Source: Amoebidium appalachense (taxonomy: Eukaryota; Protista; Ichthyosporea). From it: a stretch of DNA of 64,000 nucleotides. Shown piece after piece: positions 14,585-33,948 of the stretch (its first letter is position 1; each line of letters opens with the position of its first letter). The stretch is taken from contig CAVNZM010000004.1 of assembly GCA_963693365.1 (NCBI GenBank), positions 9,514,468-9,578,467 on the forward strand, written 5' to 3'. Both the position numbers and the translations under genes were made by a program. A model generated the notes under the pieces. The model searched no databases. It was not told the DNA's origin and saw nothing but the letters and a program-made list of their open reading frames with translations.

Positions 14585-15082
14585 CCCTTTCGCCCCTCGT
14601 GGATGATTTGTGCACCCCCTGAGGAAGGGCTCTACGCATGATCATACTCTTGTAAGTGTCTGCTCGGCATACTCTGCATTGTGCCCCCCCCCCCCCCCCC
14701 CCCCCCTCTTCCTCCCCCCCCTCCCGGTACACCCACCCACCCACCCACCCACCCACCCTTCCGTGTGGGCCTCCACAGATACGGCCCAATCAAGGTTAAT
14801 GTCGGCACACGGGCACACAGTGAAATTTGCATTACACATCATACATTCTGCTATGCATATCACACACATCCTCACACACACAAACAAATGGCTCACACAC
14901 GATGCACGCACTCGTGCATGGTGCATGCATACCCTGAACCCAAACGCGCATGCGCAGGCATACACGCACACGCACACGCACACTCACACACGCACACGCA
15001 CACTCACACACGCACGCACACACACACACACACACACACTTAAACACACACACACACAAAAAAACTAGACTCGCACAAATAA

Positions 15083-15144
<62 letters not shown>

Positions 15145-15175
15145 GCACATCCACCCACCCACCCACCCACCCACC

Positions 15176-15258
<83 letters not shown>

Positions 15259-16581
15259 ACACACGTACACACGTGCAGATGTGGGACAACGTGCGCTACA
15301 GCTGGCGCCAGTCTCTCCACCGGCTATCCATGTTTAACCTCCGCCAGTACGATCGTCTTGCCTATCTGGACAGCGACATGTACGTGAAATACAATGCGGA
15401 CGAAATGTTGGATTTTGGGGGTCCTATCACTGTCACGTATGGAACGGGGGGGCTCAATGGAGGTGCCATGGTAAGTTTGCAATGTTTTGTCTTTCACCTC
15501 CCTCCATCCCTCCCCTGCCTCTCTTTCGCTCTCTCTTTCTCTCTCTCTCACTCACTCACTCCATTTCTCTCCCCTCCCCCCCCCCCCCCCCCCCCCGCCT
15601 TCTCTCCCTCCCTCCACAGCTCCCTTTCTTCCTCTCCTTCTCCCTCCCCCCCCCCCCCCCTTCCCCCCCCCCCCCCTGGGGATGGGCTCTGCTAATTATG
15701 CATACTCTTTATGTATGGCTTGCATTCTGCATCATGTTATCCGTTTGTTCTTGTGTACTTCGTACTTTTTGACGCATTCAAACCCCCCCTTTTTTCCTCC
15801 CTCTCTCGTGTTCTCATCCTCTTTGGTTTGGTGTGTTTGTGTACTTCTGTAGGTGAGGTGGGTGATAGCGTTAGGATTTGTCGTCCAGGAAGGGATGAAT
15901 CGGCTGAAGGGGGGTGGGTGGATAGGAGCTAGTGCTGATGGTGGCTCTGTTTGTGGTGGTGGGGGGAAAAGGGGGAGGGGGGGTGGGGTGGGGTGTGGAG
16001 GGGGGGTATTGTGGTGGCATATGTGTATACATACCTATGGATGTGTGCCTAGGGCACGGGGTCACGGTGTCGTCTGTTTGTGACTGTGTACGCCCTGTGC
16101 TTGCATTAGTTTATGTCGTTGGGTGGTTGTGATTATGCAGGCTGGGATATTGAATGTAGTTGATTGTGCTATAGTGGACCTAGGATGAATGTTGTCGATG
16201 GCAAATCTGTATTCCTGACTTTGGTGGTAAGGGGAAGGTGGGGAAGGGGGAAGGGAGGGAGGAAGGGGACGGGGAGGTGTGTGTGTGGGGGGGAGGTGGG
16301 GAGGTGGGGGAAGGGGGGAGGCGGGGGGGAAGGGAGGGAGGAAGAGGGTGTGTGTGTTTGGGTGGGTCGGGGGATGGGATGGGGGCAAGGGGAGGAAAAA
16401 GGTGTGGGTGGAGGTAGGAATGCTGGTGGTGGGGACGGAGGATGTGTATGTGTGTCACTGTGTATGTGTGTGTGTGTGCGGTGGTGGTTGGTGGGGGGGA
16501 GGGGGGGGGGGAAGGGTTGACCAGTTGGCCAGGAAAGAAATATACACAAGGTGTAAGTTCCCTCTCACTTTTCTGTCTCCC

Positions 16582-16645
<64 letters not shown>

Positions 16646-16686
16646 TATTATTATTTTATTATTATTATTATTATTATTTTATTAGT

Positions 16687-16726
<40 letters not shown>

Positions 16727-17159
16727 TTTTGGGGGGGGGGGGAGGGAGGGAGGGAGGGAGGGATGTATAGATTGAATGACATCAGCGTGCAGTAGCTCAA
16801 ACGAGGGTTGTCCACATTCCCGCAATTCTATTATTACATTACTTGCGACATGGGATCCACCATTCTAGAAACGACTGGAAACCTCTTTTCTCCCCTGACA
16901 TTCCTTCTCGAAACATTTCACACGCAGGTGTTTGAGCCTAAGGCCGGCCTATACGATGCCATGCTCAGGTTTGCACGTGCACACCTCACGCAGTCACGTG
17001 TTAATGATAAGATATGGAGGAAGAGCGATCAGAGCTTCCTAATCGAATTCCTCAAAGATTGGTCAGGTGGGGCACCCTTTTTATCGCTCTCTTTCTCTCG
17101 CTCCCTCCCCCCCCCCCCCCCCCTCACACACACACACACATACACACACACATACACAC

Positions 17160-17201
<42 letters not shown>

Positions 17202-17315
17202 AAAAAAGACGAATTAAACACAACCCCAAACCCCCTTCCCCTGCCCCACTCGTGTTTGTGTTGTAAACCTCGAGTACTGCAACCCTCTTGGCCCCCCCTT
17301 CCCCCCCGCCCCCCC

Positions 17316-17393
<78 letters not shown>

Positions 17394-19537
17394 CACCCAA
17401 CACCCCCCATCCCCCACCCACCCACCCACCCACCCACCCACCCACTAACCCATCCACACACGCACACCCCACACACCCACTGATCCTCCCGATGGGCTCT
17501 GCTTATGACGCATACTGTGCGCACGGCTGATGTTGCATACTTGAATGTTTGCCTTTGCATGTGTCCTGCACCATGCTTCTCATCGTGTATGCGTACTTCG
17601 TACTGTGTTCCGCATTCAAACCCCCCCTGTCTTCTTTCAGAGGTGTCCTTTCAGGACAGACCACTGTGTGGAGACATCTTTACTTCCATGCAACCGGGCA
17701 TGGTTGCTCTGTGTCGTGCATCTGTAAGCACATACGCGTTTTTCGCCGCACTGCATTAGTTTGCACACACATCTTCACCGTTTTGCTCACCTTGCTTGCA
17801 TAAGCAACCCTGCTCGTCTTTGATCAAGACGGGTTGACCCACCCAAGTTCAGTTGATGCTGCTGTCTGAGTTGGAGCGTCGTATATACGCGGGCTAAGGG
17901 GTCGAAACTCAGACGCAATTGATGACTTGGGCCCTCCCTGAGGATGGGCTCTGCTTATGACGCATACTGTGCGCACGGCTGATGTTGCATACTTGAATGT
18001 TTGCCTTTGCATGTGTCCTGCACCATGCTTCTCATCGTGTATGCGTACTTCGTACTGTGTTCCGCATTCAAACCCCCCCCCCCCCCCCCCCCTCCCCACA
18101 CACACACACACACACCGACACCCCACACACTCATCCACCAACCCACCCACCGTCCCACCCAACCACCTGCCCATCCACACATACACACTCATACAAAGAT
18201 CTTCTCCCCATTTCCCTCACACCAACCCACCATTCCCCATCCCACAAACAGCAGGCCGCTCCCCTCCCCCCCCCCCCTCCCCCCCTCCCCCCCCCCCCCC
18301 CACCACCACCACCACCACCGCCACCACACCACACCCACACGCACACACACAAATTCTCCCCCACCACCACCACCGCCACCACACACACACACACACACAC
18401 ACACACAAGCCGCCCTCCCTAACCCCACACACACCCAAACACAAACTCCACTGTCCATTCCTCCTATCATTGCTTTTCCCGCTGAAAACAAACTCACCCT
18501 TGCACCCTTTTTCACATGCAGGCGACAAGAACGGAGAACGGTTTGGACACAGGGAAGCCATCGGGGTACCTGTTGCATCGTTCATCTACAACTATGCGGC
18601 AATAAAGTGCGAGGAATTGGCTGCTGAACCATACAACCTGGTCAAGATATTTCACTTCACGTTTACACCAAACCACACTAAGCCTCTGGAAATGGATCCG
18701 GCACAGGTAGGGTTAACTTAAGATAATCAAAACACAAAAAAGAAAAGAAAAAAAAACAAAAGAAACAGGAAAAAACGGTGAATCGCTCACACCGATCGGC
18801 ATTGCTATTTGCACAGGCGTGCGCATGTGTACACTGAGGTGCAACCTATGCACACACACACATGCAGGCGCGCACGCACATGCAAATATGGACGGATGCA
18901 CACACACACACACACTCACACCCCCTCACACACGCGCTTACTCACTCTTTCACGCATTTGCTCATTCACTCACTCACTCACTCACTTGTACATGCATACG
19001 TATGCACACTTACCCATACATATACCATACACATACACAATAACATCCCCATACACGTGCGCCCATTTGCTCCCCCTTACTCACACACACGATGTCAATA
19101 TCATATACACACACACATATATATATAGACTACACTCCGTGCATAATGGGTCTCAACATATGGCGTGTCACATGTAGTGATACAACTTGGCTACCGTTGT
19201 GGCTTCCTAAAGCCCACGGGCACGAGGTGAATGCTGGCTGGCCGCCAGGGGCTTACCCACCCGTTCGAACACGTTAAAGTTCCACCCGGTCAGGTGCACT
19301 GCCCCCCCCAGTGGCATAGGTCAAACCTATTGGTTTATTACGTGGGGTAACCCTCTAATAAAGCAATAGTTGCCAGGTTAAGTTCCCCCCTGTTTTCTCT
19401 GTCTCCATGTCCCCCCTTCCCCCCCCCCCCCCCTCCCCTTCCCCCCCCCCCCCCCCTCTCTTCCCCCTCCCCCCGCCCCCTTCCCCTTCTCTCTCTCCTC
19501 TCTCTCCCCCTCCCCTCCCTCTCTCCCCCCCCCTCGC

Positions 19538-19569
<32 letters not shown>

Positions 19570-19994
19570 CTCCCCTTCTCTATAGGTTAGGGAGTCGGGG
19601 AGCTTTTTAGAAGCCCGGCTTATGCTCTATCTCTCTGCTTGCTTTCTTTGTTTTTTTTTTGATATTATTATTTTTTTTTGTCTGCTTGCAGATTTTGCAA
19701 TCTCTGCGTTTTTTAATTGCTGCTCCTTGAACAACCCTGCTCGTCTTTGGCCAAGACGGGTGGACTCGCCTATTGCTGTTGAAACAAAGTATGAGTTGGG
19801 AACCACGCGTGAGAGGTTAAAGAGTCGAAACCCATGCTTTTGTGGAGGCATAGGAACCCCCCTGATGATGGGCTCTGTTCAAGTGTCTTCTGCCTGCACG
19901 CTTAAATTGTTTGATTTTGGATTTCCCACCTTTGTGACGCTTTGTTGTTGCTCTTTGTTGTCTTCTCCATATTTCCAACCCTCTAACGCATACA

Positions 19995-20027
<33 letters not shown>

Positions 20028-20351
20028 ACGCCCATCACAACTCACAGCCACGAGTGTTATGGGCCCTACAATGAATTGCCCATTGCTTCCATCTTGCTCT
20101 GTTGATAACAAAAAATCCAAATCCTCTTTTGCCTGTTTGACTCGCCATACCTTTTTAATCGTCCCTCCCCCCATCTCTCCCCCCTTTGGTGTCTCCTCCA
20201 TGTTTCCAACCCTCTAACGCATACATCCCCCCCCCCCCCCCCCCCCTCCCCCCTCCCCGCCCTCCCCCCCCCCCCCCCCCCCCCCCTCCCCCCCCCCCCT
20301 CCCCCCCGCCCGACGAGTGTGGTCACGAGCCCAACCCATTCCCTTGTGTTG

Positions 20352-20417
<66 letters not shown>

Positions 20418-20770
20418 CTGCCTGTGTCTGCGTGCGCGGTTGCGCTTGTGTGTGTGTTTGTGAAAGATGGAGGGAAGAGAGAGGGGGGGGGGGGGGGGGG
20501 GGGGGAGAATATGAGGATGTGATGCTGATAAATAGCGGCATGTTGTTGCCAAGCTACATCAGTAGGGAGTTATTGCGGACTAGATAAACAACATGTTCGG
20601 TACATATTCCTACTTTCTTTTGGTTGTTTTATAGAAACCATTAAGTATGGTGCCTAAACAACTGTGTGCGCTTGCAGGTGTCCCCAGAGTGCTTCCGTCC
20701 CCCTGTGGCCGCCTTCCACGAAGCAAAACGCGAAATCTTGAAAATGTTTCCGGATTTGGCGTCGCTGTGA
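13685..20770 (+). CDS. Glycosyltransferase family 8 (glycogenin/galactinol-synthase-like fold), type II membrane protein, ~353 aa
   Basis: Exons 13685-14137, 15279-15470, 16928-17066, 18522-18706, 20678-20770 (1062 nt, in phase). N-terminal TM anchor; AFTTL...SKYPLVVM; [11 protein letters not shown] (DxD); LNGGAMVFEP; SDQSFL; YNY; KIFHFT...KP. The last exon is the least certain. Confidence 0.85.
15676..15782 (+). mobile_element. 5'-truncated copy of the poly(C)-associated repeat family
   Basis: GATGGGCTCTGC...GTACTTCGTAC...ACGCATTCAAA, with C-runs on both sides. Confidence 0.75.
16585..16728. repeat. (TTA)n / (TTTA)n microsatellite
   Basis: Read directly; intron 2 of the GT8 gene. Confidence 0.95.
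17491..17620 (+). mobile_element. 5'-truncated copy of the poly(C)-associated repeat family
   Basis: Essentially identical to 17943-18072 and 32524-32652; ends CCGCATTCAAA followed by C7. Confidence 0.85.
17748..18072 (+). mobile_element. Copy of the poly(C)-associated repeat family including the structured core
   Basis: Near-identical to ~32329-32652; followed by a long C-run. Confidence 0.88.
19093..19995 (+). mobile_element. Long (~900 bp) copy of the poly(C)-associated family with a divergent core and the alternative 3' end CCAACCCTCTAACGCATACAT-poly(C)
   Basis: The first ~550 bp closely match 31752-32245 from the same first base (TGTCAATATCATATAC). The core at 19733-19880 is a diverged homologue of 17806-17950. 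Confidence 0.85.
20188..20226 (+). mobile_element. Short 3'-end fragment (alternative end type) followed by poly(C)
   Basis: GTCTCCTCCATGTTTCCAACCCTCTAACGCATACAT matches 19960-19995, ~32281-32316 and ~43705-43740. Confidence 0.7.
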
Positions 20771-21320
20771 GTAGGGGGGGATTTTATTTTTACTGGTGCG
20801 GCAATACCAGACACATATTAGCGGCTTCTACTATATTTTTGTTGTTGTTGTTTTATAAAAACTATTTACAGGCAACTGGATGGCTATATTTTTGTCCTTT
20901 TTATTATGGTACAGTCAGTAGCTAAGTAGCTTAGAGACACGTATTTTCTTTTCTCTGACCGTTCTCTCTTTTTTCTTTCCATCACACTTCTGCGAACTCA
21001 CCACAATGTACATATGTATCTCGTTGTACACTGTCCACAACTCGTGCCTTTTAGGTAATATTTTTGCGCTGTGCGAGAGTTTAAATGTGCCGAAACCGTG
21101 GCAGAAAAAGGAAAAAAACACAATTCAGGGAAATTTCAAGTGTTTGGGACTTTTGAATTCTTATGATCACGAGCGGTACACGCTGGGCCGTGACACCATG
21201 TACCAAGTAACAACAACGTAACAATAACTTGTATGTATTTTTGGATTTATTATTATACCGTACCCTAGCTGGATCCGGAACAGGCGCCCGCCCCCTCCTC
21301 CGGCCCTCCGCCCCCTCGAG

Positions 21321-21354
<34 letters not shown>

Positions 21355-21375
21355 GCCTCCAACCCCTCCCACACA

Positions 21376-21717
21376 CACACACTCGCATGTCCACACCGTA
21401 CATATTCTCAGTGGTTCCCTCCCCCTCCCCCCGCCCCCTTCCAACTGAGGATGGGCTCTGCTTATGACGCATATTGTGCGTATTAATATTGCTGATAACG
21501 TTAAATACTTGAATGTTTGCCTTTGCATGTGTACATGTCCTATACCATGCTTCTCGTCGTGTATATGTACTTCGTACCGTATTCCGCATTCAACCCTCCC
21601 CCCCCCCCCCCCCCCCCTTTCGAACCCTTCGCACACACACCGTACATATTCTCAGTGGTGCCCCCCCCCCCCCCCCCCTTCCAACACCTCCCACACACAC
21701 ACCGTACATATTCTGTG

Positions 21718-21722
<5 letters not shown>
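21376..21722. repeat. Three copies of CACACCGTACATATTCT(CA)GTGGT separated by C-rich spacers; one spacer holds a poly(C)-family copy
   Basis: Units near 21392, 21634 and 21697. Confidence 0.65.
21445..21593 (+). mobile_element. 5'-truncated copy of the poly(C)-associated repeat family
   Basis: CTGAGGATGGGCTCTGCTTATGACGC...TTCCGCATTCAA followed by a C-run. Confidence 0.82.
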
Positions 21723-21750
<28 letters not shown>

Positions 21751-22289
21751 CCCCTCTCTTCCCCCCAAAACACATACACGCACGTACACACACACCTTTT
21801 GGGGTTTGACCCCCACCAACACCCACCAACCTTTTGCCTCGAAGTTTCCGACTGACACAACGATATCATTCACACTCAGCGTAACAGTGTCCCGTGTCCG
21901 GCCTGCCTGCACGCTTGTGCTGTGCACATGTATGACGGGTGCAAGCCAGTGTGTGACTGTGCGTGTGTACATACAGTAAAATTCAAACCGTGTGGGCTAT
22001 CATGTGTGTGTGTGTGTCTGTTACTTCCATAGGCGCGTGCCCACACACACACACACACACACACATGTAATACACATGCACGCACAACACAACATGCACA
22101 CGTGTGCGTTTACCAGGGCCATATGAGGTGGAGTGAGTTTATTGACAGTGGTTCGGCGCCCAGCACCTTTCCAACATCTACTCGGCCACCAGCATGCAAC
22201 GTCCGCATGGCTGCTATTTATAGCACCATGTATCTATTTTTAGCGACATGCGCAATCATCATTTATGGCCTACATTACAATTACACATG

Positions 22290-22373
22290 CATCCATGCCA
22301 ACGTTCTAGTGGCAAGATTGTACAAATGTACCATCCATGCCAACGTTCTAGTGGCAAGATTGTACAAATGTAC
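22290..22373. repeat. Perfect tandem duplication of 42 bp
   Basis: CATCCATGCCAACGTTCTAGTGGCAAGATTGTACAAATGTAC twice. Confidence 0.9.
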
Positions 22374-22568
22374 AGCTTGTATCACTCCTGTTTTTTTCGG
22401 CTCAAATGCCGGTTCATGCGGCAGAGTGTAACAATTCCGTTGCACCAATGTGTGTACAAAAAGAATCATCAACACTCCCTTTGCGTTCTGCCCATTCGAT
22501 TCCCAATCTCGCCTGCAATAAAATAAGCTCAGACAAGAACAGTGCGTACTGAACATGAAGAATGTTTT

Positions 22569-29209
<6,641 letters not shown>

Positions 29210-29630
29210 TTTGCTATGTCGTAAAAGGACCAAACACTGTGTGCGCAAGGGTCCCAAGGGGTGAGTGAGGAGAAAAAACGCGAAACGTTGTCTTTTGAAG
29301 GGTGCTTTTTTCCAGAGCCACGGAAGCATGCTGCTGCCAGTCAACATGCGGGCGACGTTTGATTGGATGACGGGATCTCCTTAAAGCAGGATTTGAAAAT
29401 CGCATAAAAAAAATTGGCCCTAAGTAATCTGAAATACAGTTCATATTGTGCATAAACGAAACATTTCCTTATGTGTAGATATTGATAAAAAGAGGAGAGA
29501 GATTCAAGTAAGTTCGTTATGCCTCATATAGGAATTTGGAGCTGTTTAGCCTCCACATATTAGATATTAAAGAGTCACTTCTAAATTTGCCAGGCCGCGA
29601 AAAGTGAAAATTTGAAAAAATTAGAGTTAT

Positions 29631-29640
29631 GTGACGTCAC
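29631..29640. promoter_or_regulatory. Perfect CRE/ATF-type palindrome GTGACGTCAC about 420 bp upstream of the MET17 ATG
   Basis: Motif read directly in a microsatellite-poor divergent intergenic region that also has several CCAAT/ATTGG boxes; function is inferred. Confidence 0.35.
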
Positions 29641-30776
29641 GCTTGCGATTGTTTAACTGATTAATCTTAGTAATCATAATCTCCGGGAATAAGCGCGATG
29701 TACTTGTTTACCAATGGTTTAAACCACATTCTAATGATATTGTTATATAGTGATGCTCTAAGATTATGATACATAGGTAGTTAGACTCCTTTTTTTGCAC
29801 AAACAACACGAACCTTCGAAAAGTTTTTGGAGAACGTCCTGTGAGGCTGAGCCAACCAATAGGTAGAATATTTGCCTAAATTGGCATAAGCGCATTTTTA
29901 GTACGTGACTTTAAACTAATCACAAAGCTAGCCGATTGCGCCAACATCTTTCTATCTGGCTTTCCATCTCTCGGTCCCGGACCCAGCTAAATTTTTCCGG
30001 ATTGGTTGTAGGTACGGGAAAAAAATCCCAAGCGCTGCAATATAATATCGTGCACAGAAACAAAATCATAGGATGTATATCCTGCAAAACAGTAGCTTCA
30101 ACGCCGTTATTTCCCATTTCGAATTGTTTGAAGTCCAATCAGTTTACAGGGCGTCACTGATTGGACCATGCAGACACGCAAGTATGATTGGTTCGGAGCG
30201 AACCATCTGGTATGTGTTGTTGCAACTACGTCATGCATGATCAAACATACGTCAACAACGTTACAACTTGAAGTCAAGTGAAATTTTCCAACAACTTTTG
30301 TACGTGTGTGTGGTTACCTACTTTTAACTACTTTGACATACATACGTCGCATGCCTAGCATATCATTCCCTTTTAATCTAAGAGAAAATAAGCTCCACAA
30401 GTCTAACATTTACATACAGGGCGTGCTTTGCGTTTTCAGTTGATACGCTTTTTGAGGCAGTGTAGACCTCTGTCGTTTTTGCTTGAGAAACACATACACA
30501 CTCTGTCGGAGGGAACGTCAAGAACTTCAACAATCTGTGTACCTACTTTGCTAAGCTGCAGCCTTTGGTATGGTCACAGTACTTCCACTGCACATTTCGC
30601 CTACGGTGTTTGATCATTCCCACGTCGTAGTGACGAATGCTGTTTACCCGAAGTATACTCGTCCGTTTATGTTGGTGACGTGAAGAGTTGATGGCAGCGA
30701 TAAGTAGGCAGGATGCTCCATCTATCTTAATGCGGCTTCTAGTTGGATTATTTTTTTTTATTTTTTTTATTTTCTT

Positions 30777-30820
<44 letters not shown>

Positions 30821-31088
30821 TCAGGCCACGTGCTCTGTGTAGTCAAATGGGAGACCTAACAATATAAACTTTGTGCTTTTGGTCGTCCTGGATCTTTCAC
30901 ACTGGTAAACCGTGGATCATGCGACCTCAGGCAATCAAATCATATAAACTGATTTTTGAGCGGTGTTGGTGATGAGCAAATTGTTGCTCCCTTCACAATG
31001 ATTCATGGCGAGTTTGTGCTCAGTCATTCATGCAACTAAGATACTTTTACACTGCAGCCACACACAAAGCCATCCTTCCTTTTCAGCC

Positions 31089-32862
31089 ATGGCAGCCACT
31101 CTACTACGTGTGCTGTGTGCACTGTGGGCTGTGGCTGTGGGTGTGACGGCTATCGGACTGCAGCTGCCCAGGGGCGGAGAGAAAACCATTCTAGAAGGTA
31201 TGTGTGTGGAAATAAAATTGAGGTCGGGAACGGGATTAGGGGTGTAGATGGTTTGTGTGAATGTGTTTAGATCTGAGCGAAGGAACGTAATCCGGTTATA
31301 CCCCCCCCCCCCCCCCCCCCCCCTTGGGCACAATACAGACAAACACTTCGATTCCGTCATTATCTGTCCTCATATCTGCCTATGCTGTCCATCTCAAAGT
31401 ATCCATGCTCCCCTCTTTATCTCCTTGTGTGTGTACATTTGTCTTCCCCCTGTTGCATGATCGTCTCATTGTATGACATTCAAGGAAACACGGTTACTTG
31501 TAAATATTTTTTTGTCACGATCCTTTGCTCTTTCCCCGTTGCCTCCTTCCCCCTCTACTCCCGCCCCATCCTCCCCGCGCAGCCCCCCCCCCCCCCCCCC
31601 CCCCTCACCCGCCCCCCCCCCCCCCCCCCCCCCCCCACCCCCTCCCTCCGACTCCCTCCCCTCGTTTTTTCCACGCAACCCCATATCCCCGTCGCCCTGC
31701 GCTCCTTTTTTGCCTGCACCCCGGTCTTTCCTCTACCTTGTTCCACCCCCCTGTCAATATCATATACACACACACATATATATAGACTACACTCCGTGCA
31801 TAATGGGTCTCGACATATGGCGTGTCACATGTAGTGATACAACTTGGCTACGGTTTTGGCTTCCTAAAGCCCATGGACACGAGGTGAATGCTGGCTGGCC
31901 GCCAGGGGCTTACCCACCCGTTCGAACACGTTAACGTTCCACCCGGTCAGGTGCACTGCCCCCCAGTGGCATAGGTCAAACCTATTGGTTTATTACGTGG
32001 GGTAACCCTTTAATAAAGCAATAGTTGCCAGGTTAAGTTCCCCCCTGCTTTCTCTGTCTCCATGTCCCCCCCCCTCCCCTCTTCCCCCTCCCCCCGCCCC
32101 CTTCCCCATCTCTCTCCCCCTCCCCTCCCTCTCTCCCCTGCCCCCCCTCCCCCCCCCCCCCCCCTCCCTCCCCTTCTCTATAGGTTAGGGAGTCGGGGAG
32201 CTTTGTAGAAGCCCGGCTTATGCTCTATCTCTCTGCTTGCTTTATTTGTCCTTTGTGAAGCTTTGTTGTTGCTCTTTGTTGTCTCCTCCATATTTCCAAT
32301 CCTCTAACGCATACATCACTCCCCCCGTGCACTGCATTAGTTTGCACACACATCTTCACCGTTTTGCTCACCTTGCTTGCATAAGCAACCCTGCTCGTTT
32401 TTGATCAAGACGGGTTGACCCACCCAAGTTCAGTTGATGCTGCTGTCTGAGTTGGAGCGTCGTATATACGCGGGCTAAGGGGTCGAAACTCAGACGCAAT
32501 TGATGACTTGGGCCCTTCCTGAGGATGGGCTCTGCTTATGACGCATACTGTGCGCATGGCTGATGTTGCATACTTGAATGTTTGCCTTTGCATGTGTCCT
32601 GCACCATGCTTCTCATCGTGTATGCGTACTTCGTACTGTGTTCCGCATTCAACCCCCCCCCCCCCCCCCCCCCCCCCCCGGGGCCCTTGGTGCCCTTTCT
32701 CCCCCCTACCCCCCTCCCTCCACAACACCTAAGTTAAACCCCCCCACTTCCAGCAGCTCAAAATGAGTTATTGAAAGACGATCCCAAGTGGGAACGCTGT
32801 CGGGACCTCAAAGTGGTGGGGAGGGTCTGTGTGGATGTCTATGCCATACCTGCAAATCTGGT

Positions 32863-32902
<40 letters not shown>

Positions 32903-33284
32903 CCCGCCCGCCCGCACTCCCTACCCCTTCGCATCCCGGCTCTCTTCTTTGTACCTCTTCCCGTCCTCCCTCCTCCCTCACTTTCTGCCCCACCATTTCC
33001 CTTGTCTCATTTCCCAAAACTTTAGACTTCGCCCGGAGGGGGTGGGGTGTTCTTGTGTGTGTATTGGGGGGGAGAGGGGGAGGGGGGGGGGGGGGGGGGG
33101 AGGGAGGAGGGATGGGACGGGGAATCCCAATCTTAAAATGGCATTCTTTTTTTACACCCCAGTGGGGACACTGAAAAGTGGTACCAAAAAACAGATACAG
33201 GCACGCTTACTCGTGGGCCCTACAGAGAATTGCATCTGCCAAAAAGAATAATGAAGTTTGAAATAAAATATGCTTTACCTTACT

Positions 33285-33318
<34 letters not shown>

Positions 33319-33909
33319 TCTTCCCCCACGCCCTGGTGCTACAAAGATTCCCTCCCCTTTTTTCTCCTTTGGAAGAAAAATTCCACCTCTTACTAACGGG
33401 ACGCAATGCGTATTTTGAACTGTTAAACCCAGCATATGTATGCAAATCCCTCCCCCCCCCCCCCCCCCCCCTTCCCCTCCCCCCTCATATAGCCCTCCGC
33501 CCCCCACCCTCGTATCATTATTTGTGCCAGACCTCACCGTTACCCTATTTGCTCCGATAAAGCCGCCTCCCCCACTAAGCACTCCTTGTGTCAAGGTTTT
33601 GCCTTGTGCACAGGTTCATGCTGGTGCATGTGCAATAATATGTTGACACAGAAAATTCATATGCACATGCATCAACATGTGCGCACACACACATACACCC
33701 CACATGCACACGTGCATGTGGGGGGGCATTGCCACAATCACTTAGAAACACGTGCGCGGACAAAACACACACACACACACACACACATACACACACATAC
33801 ATGCACACATACACACCATTGTCACAGACACACACACGTACACACACACACACGCACACGTACACACACACACACACACACTTTACACACACACACACAC
33901 ACACGTGTG

Positions 33910-33948
<39 letters not shown>

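Noticed and set aside
17317-17391. Specific G-quadruplex or i-motif function of the longest poly(C) run
   Set aside because: Such runs occur every few hundred bases throughout the window and their lengths are unreliable; nothing singles this one out.
17801-17931. Telomerase RNA (AACCCT next to a pseudoknot)
   Set aside because: The putative template is incomplete and not conserved (AACTCT in the 54-kb copy), and the sequence is multicopy with 5' truncations.
17898-17950. Hammerhead ribozyme suggested by CGAAAC and CTGAGGA/CTGATGA
   Set aside because: No stem II can form between the sequence after CTGANGA and that before GAAA; CTGA sits in a simple hairpin and is CCGA in the 54-kb copy.
19092-19277. 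ORF ..[23 protein letters not shown] repeated at 31.8-31.9 kb
   Set aside because: Identity is explained by the repeat copies; no recognisable protein motif, and it does not fit either host gene's exon phases or homology.
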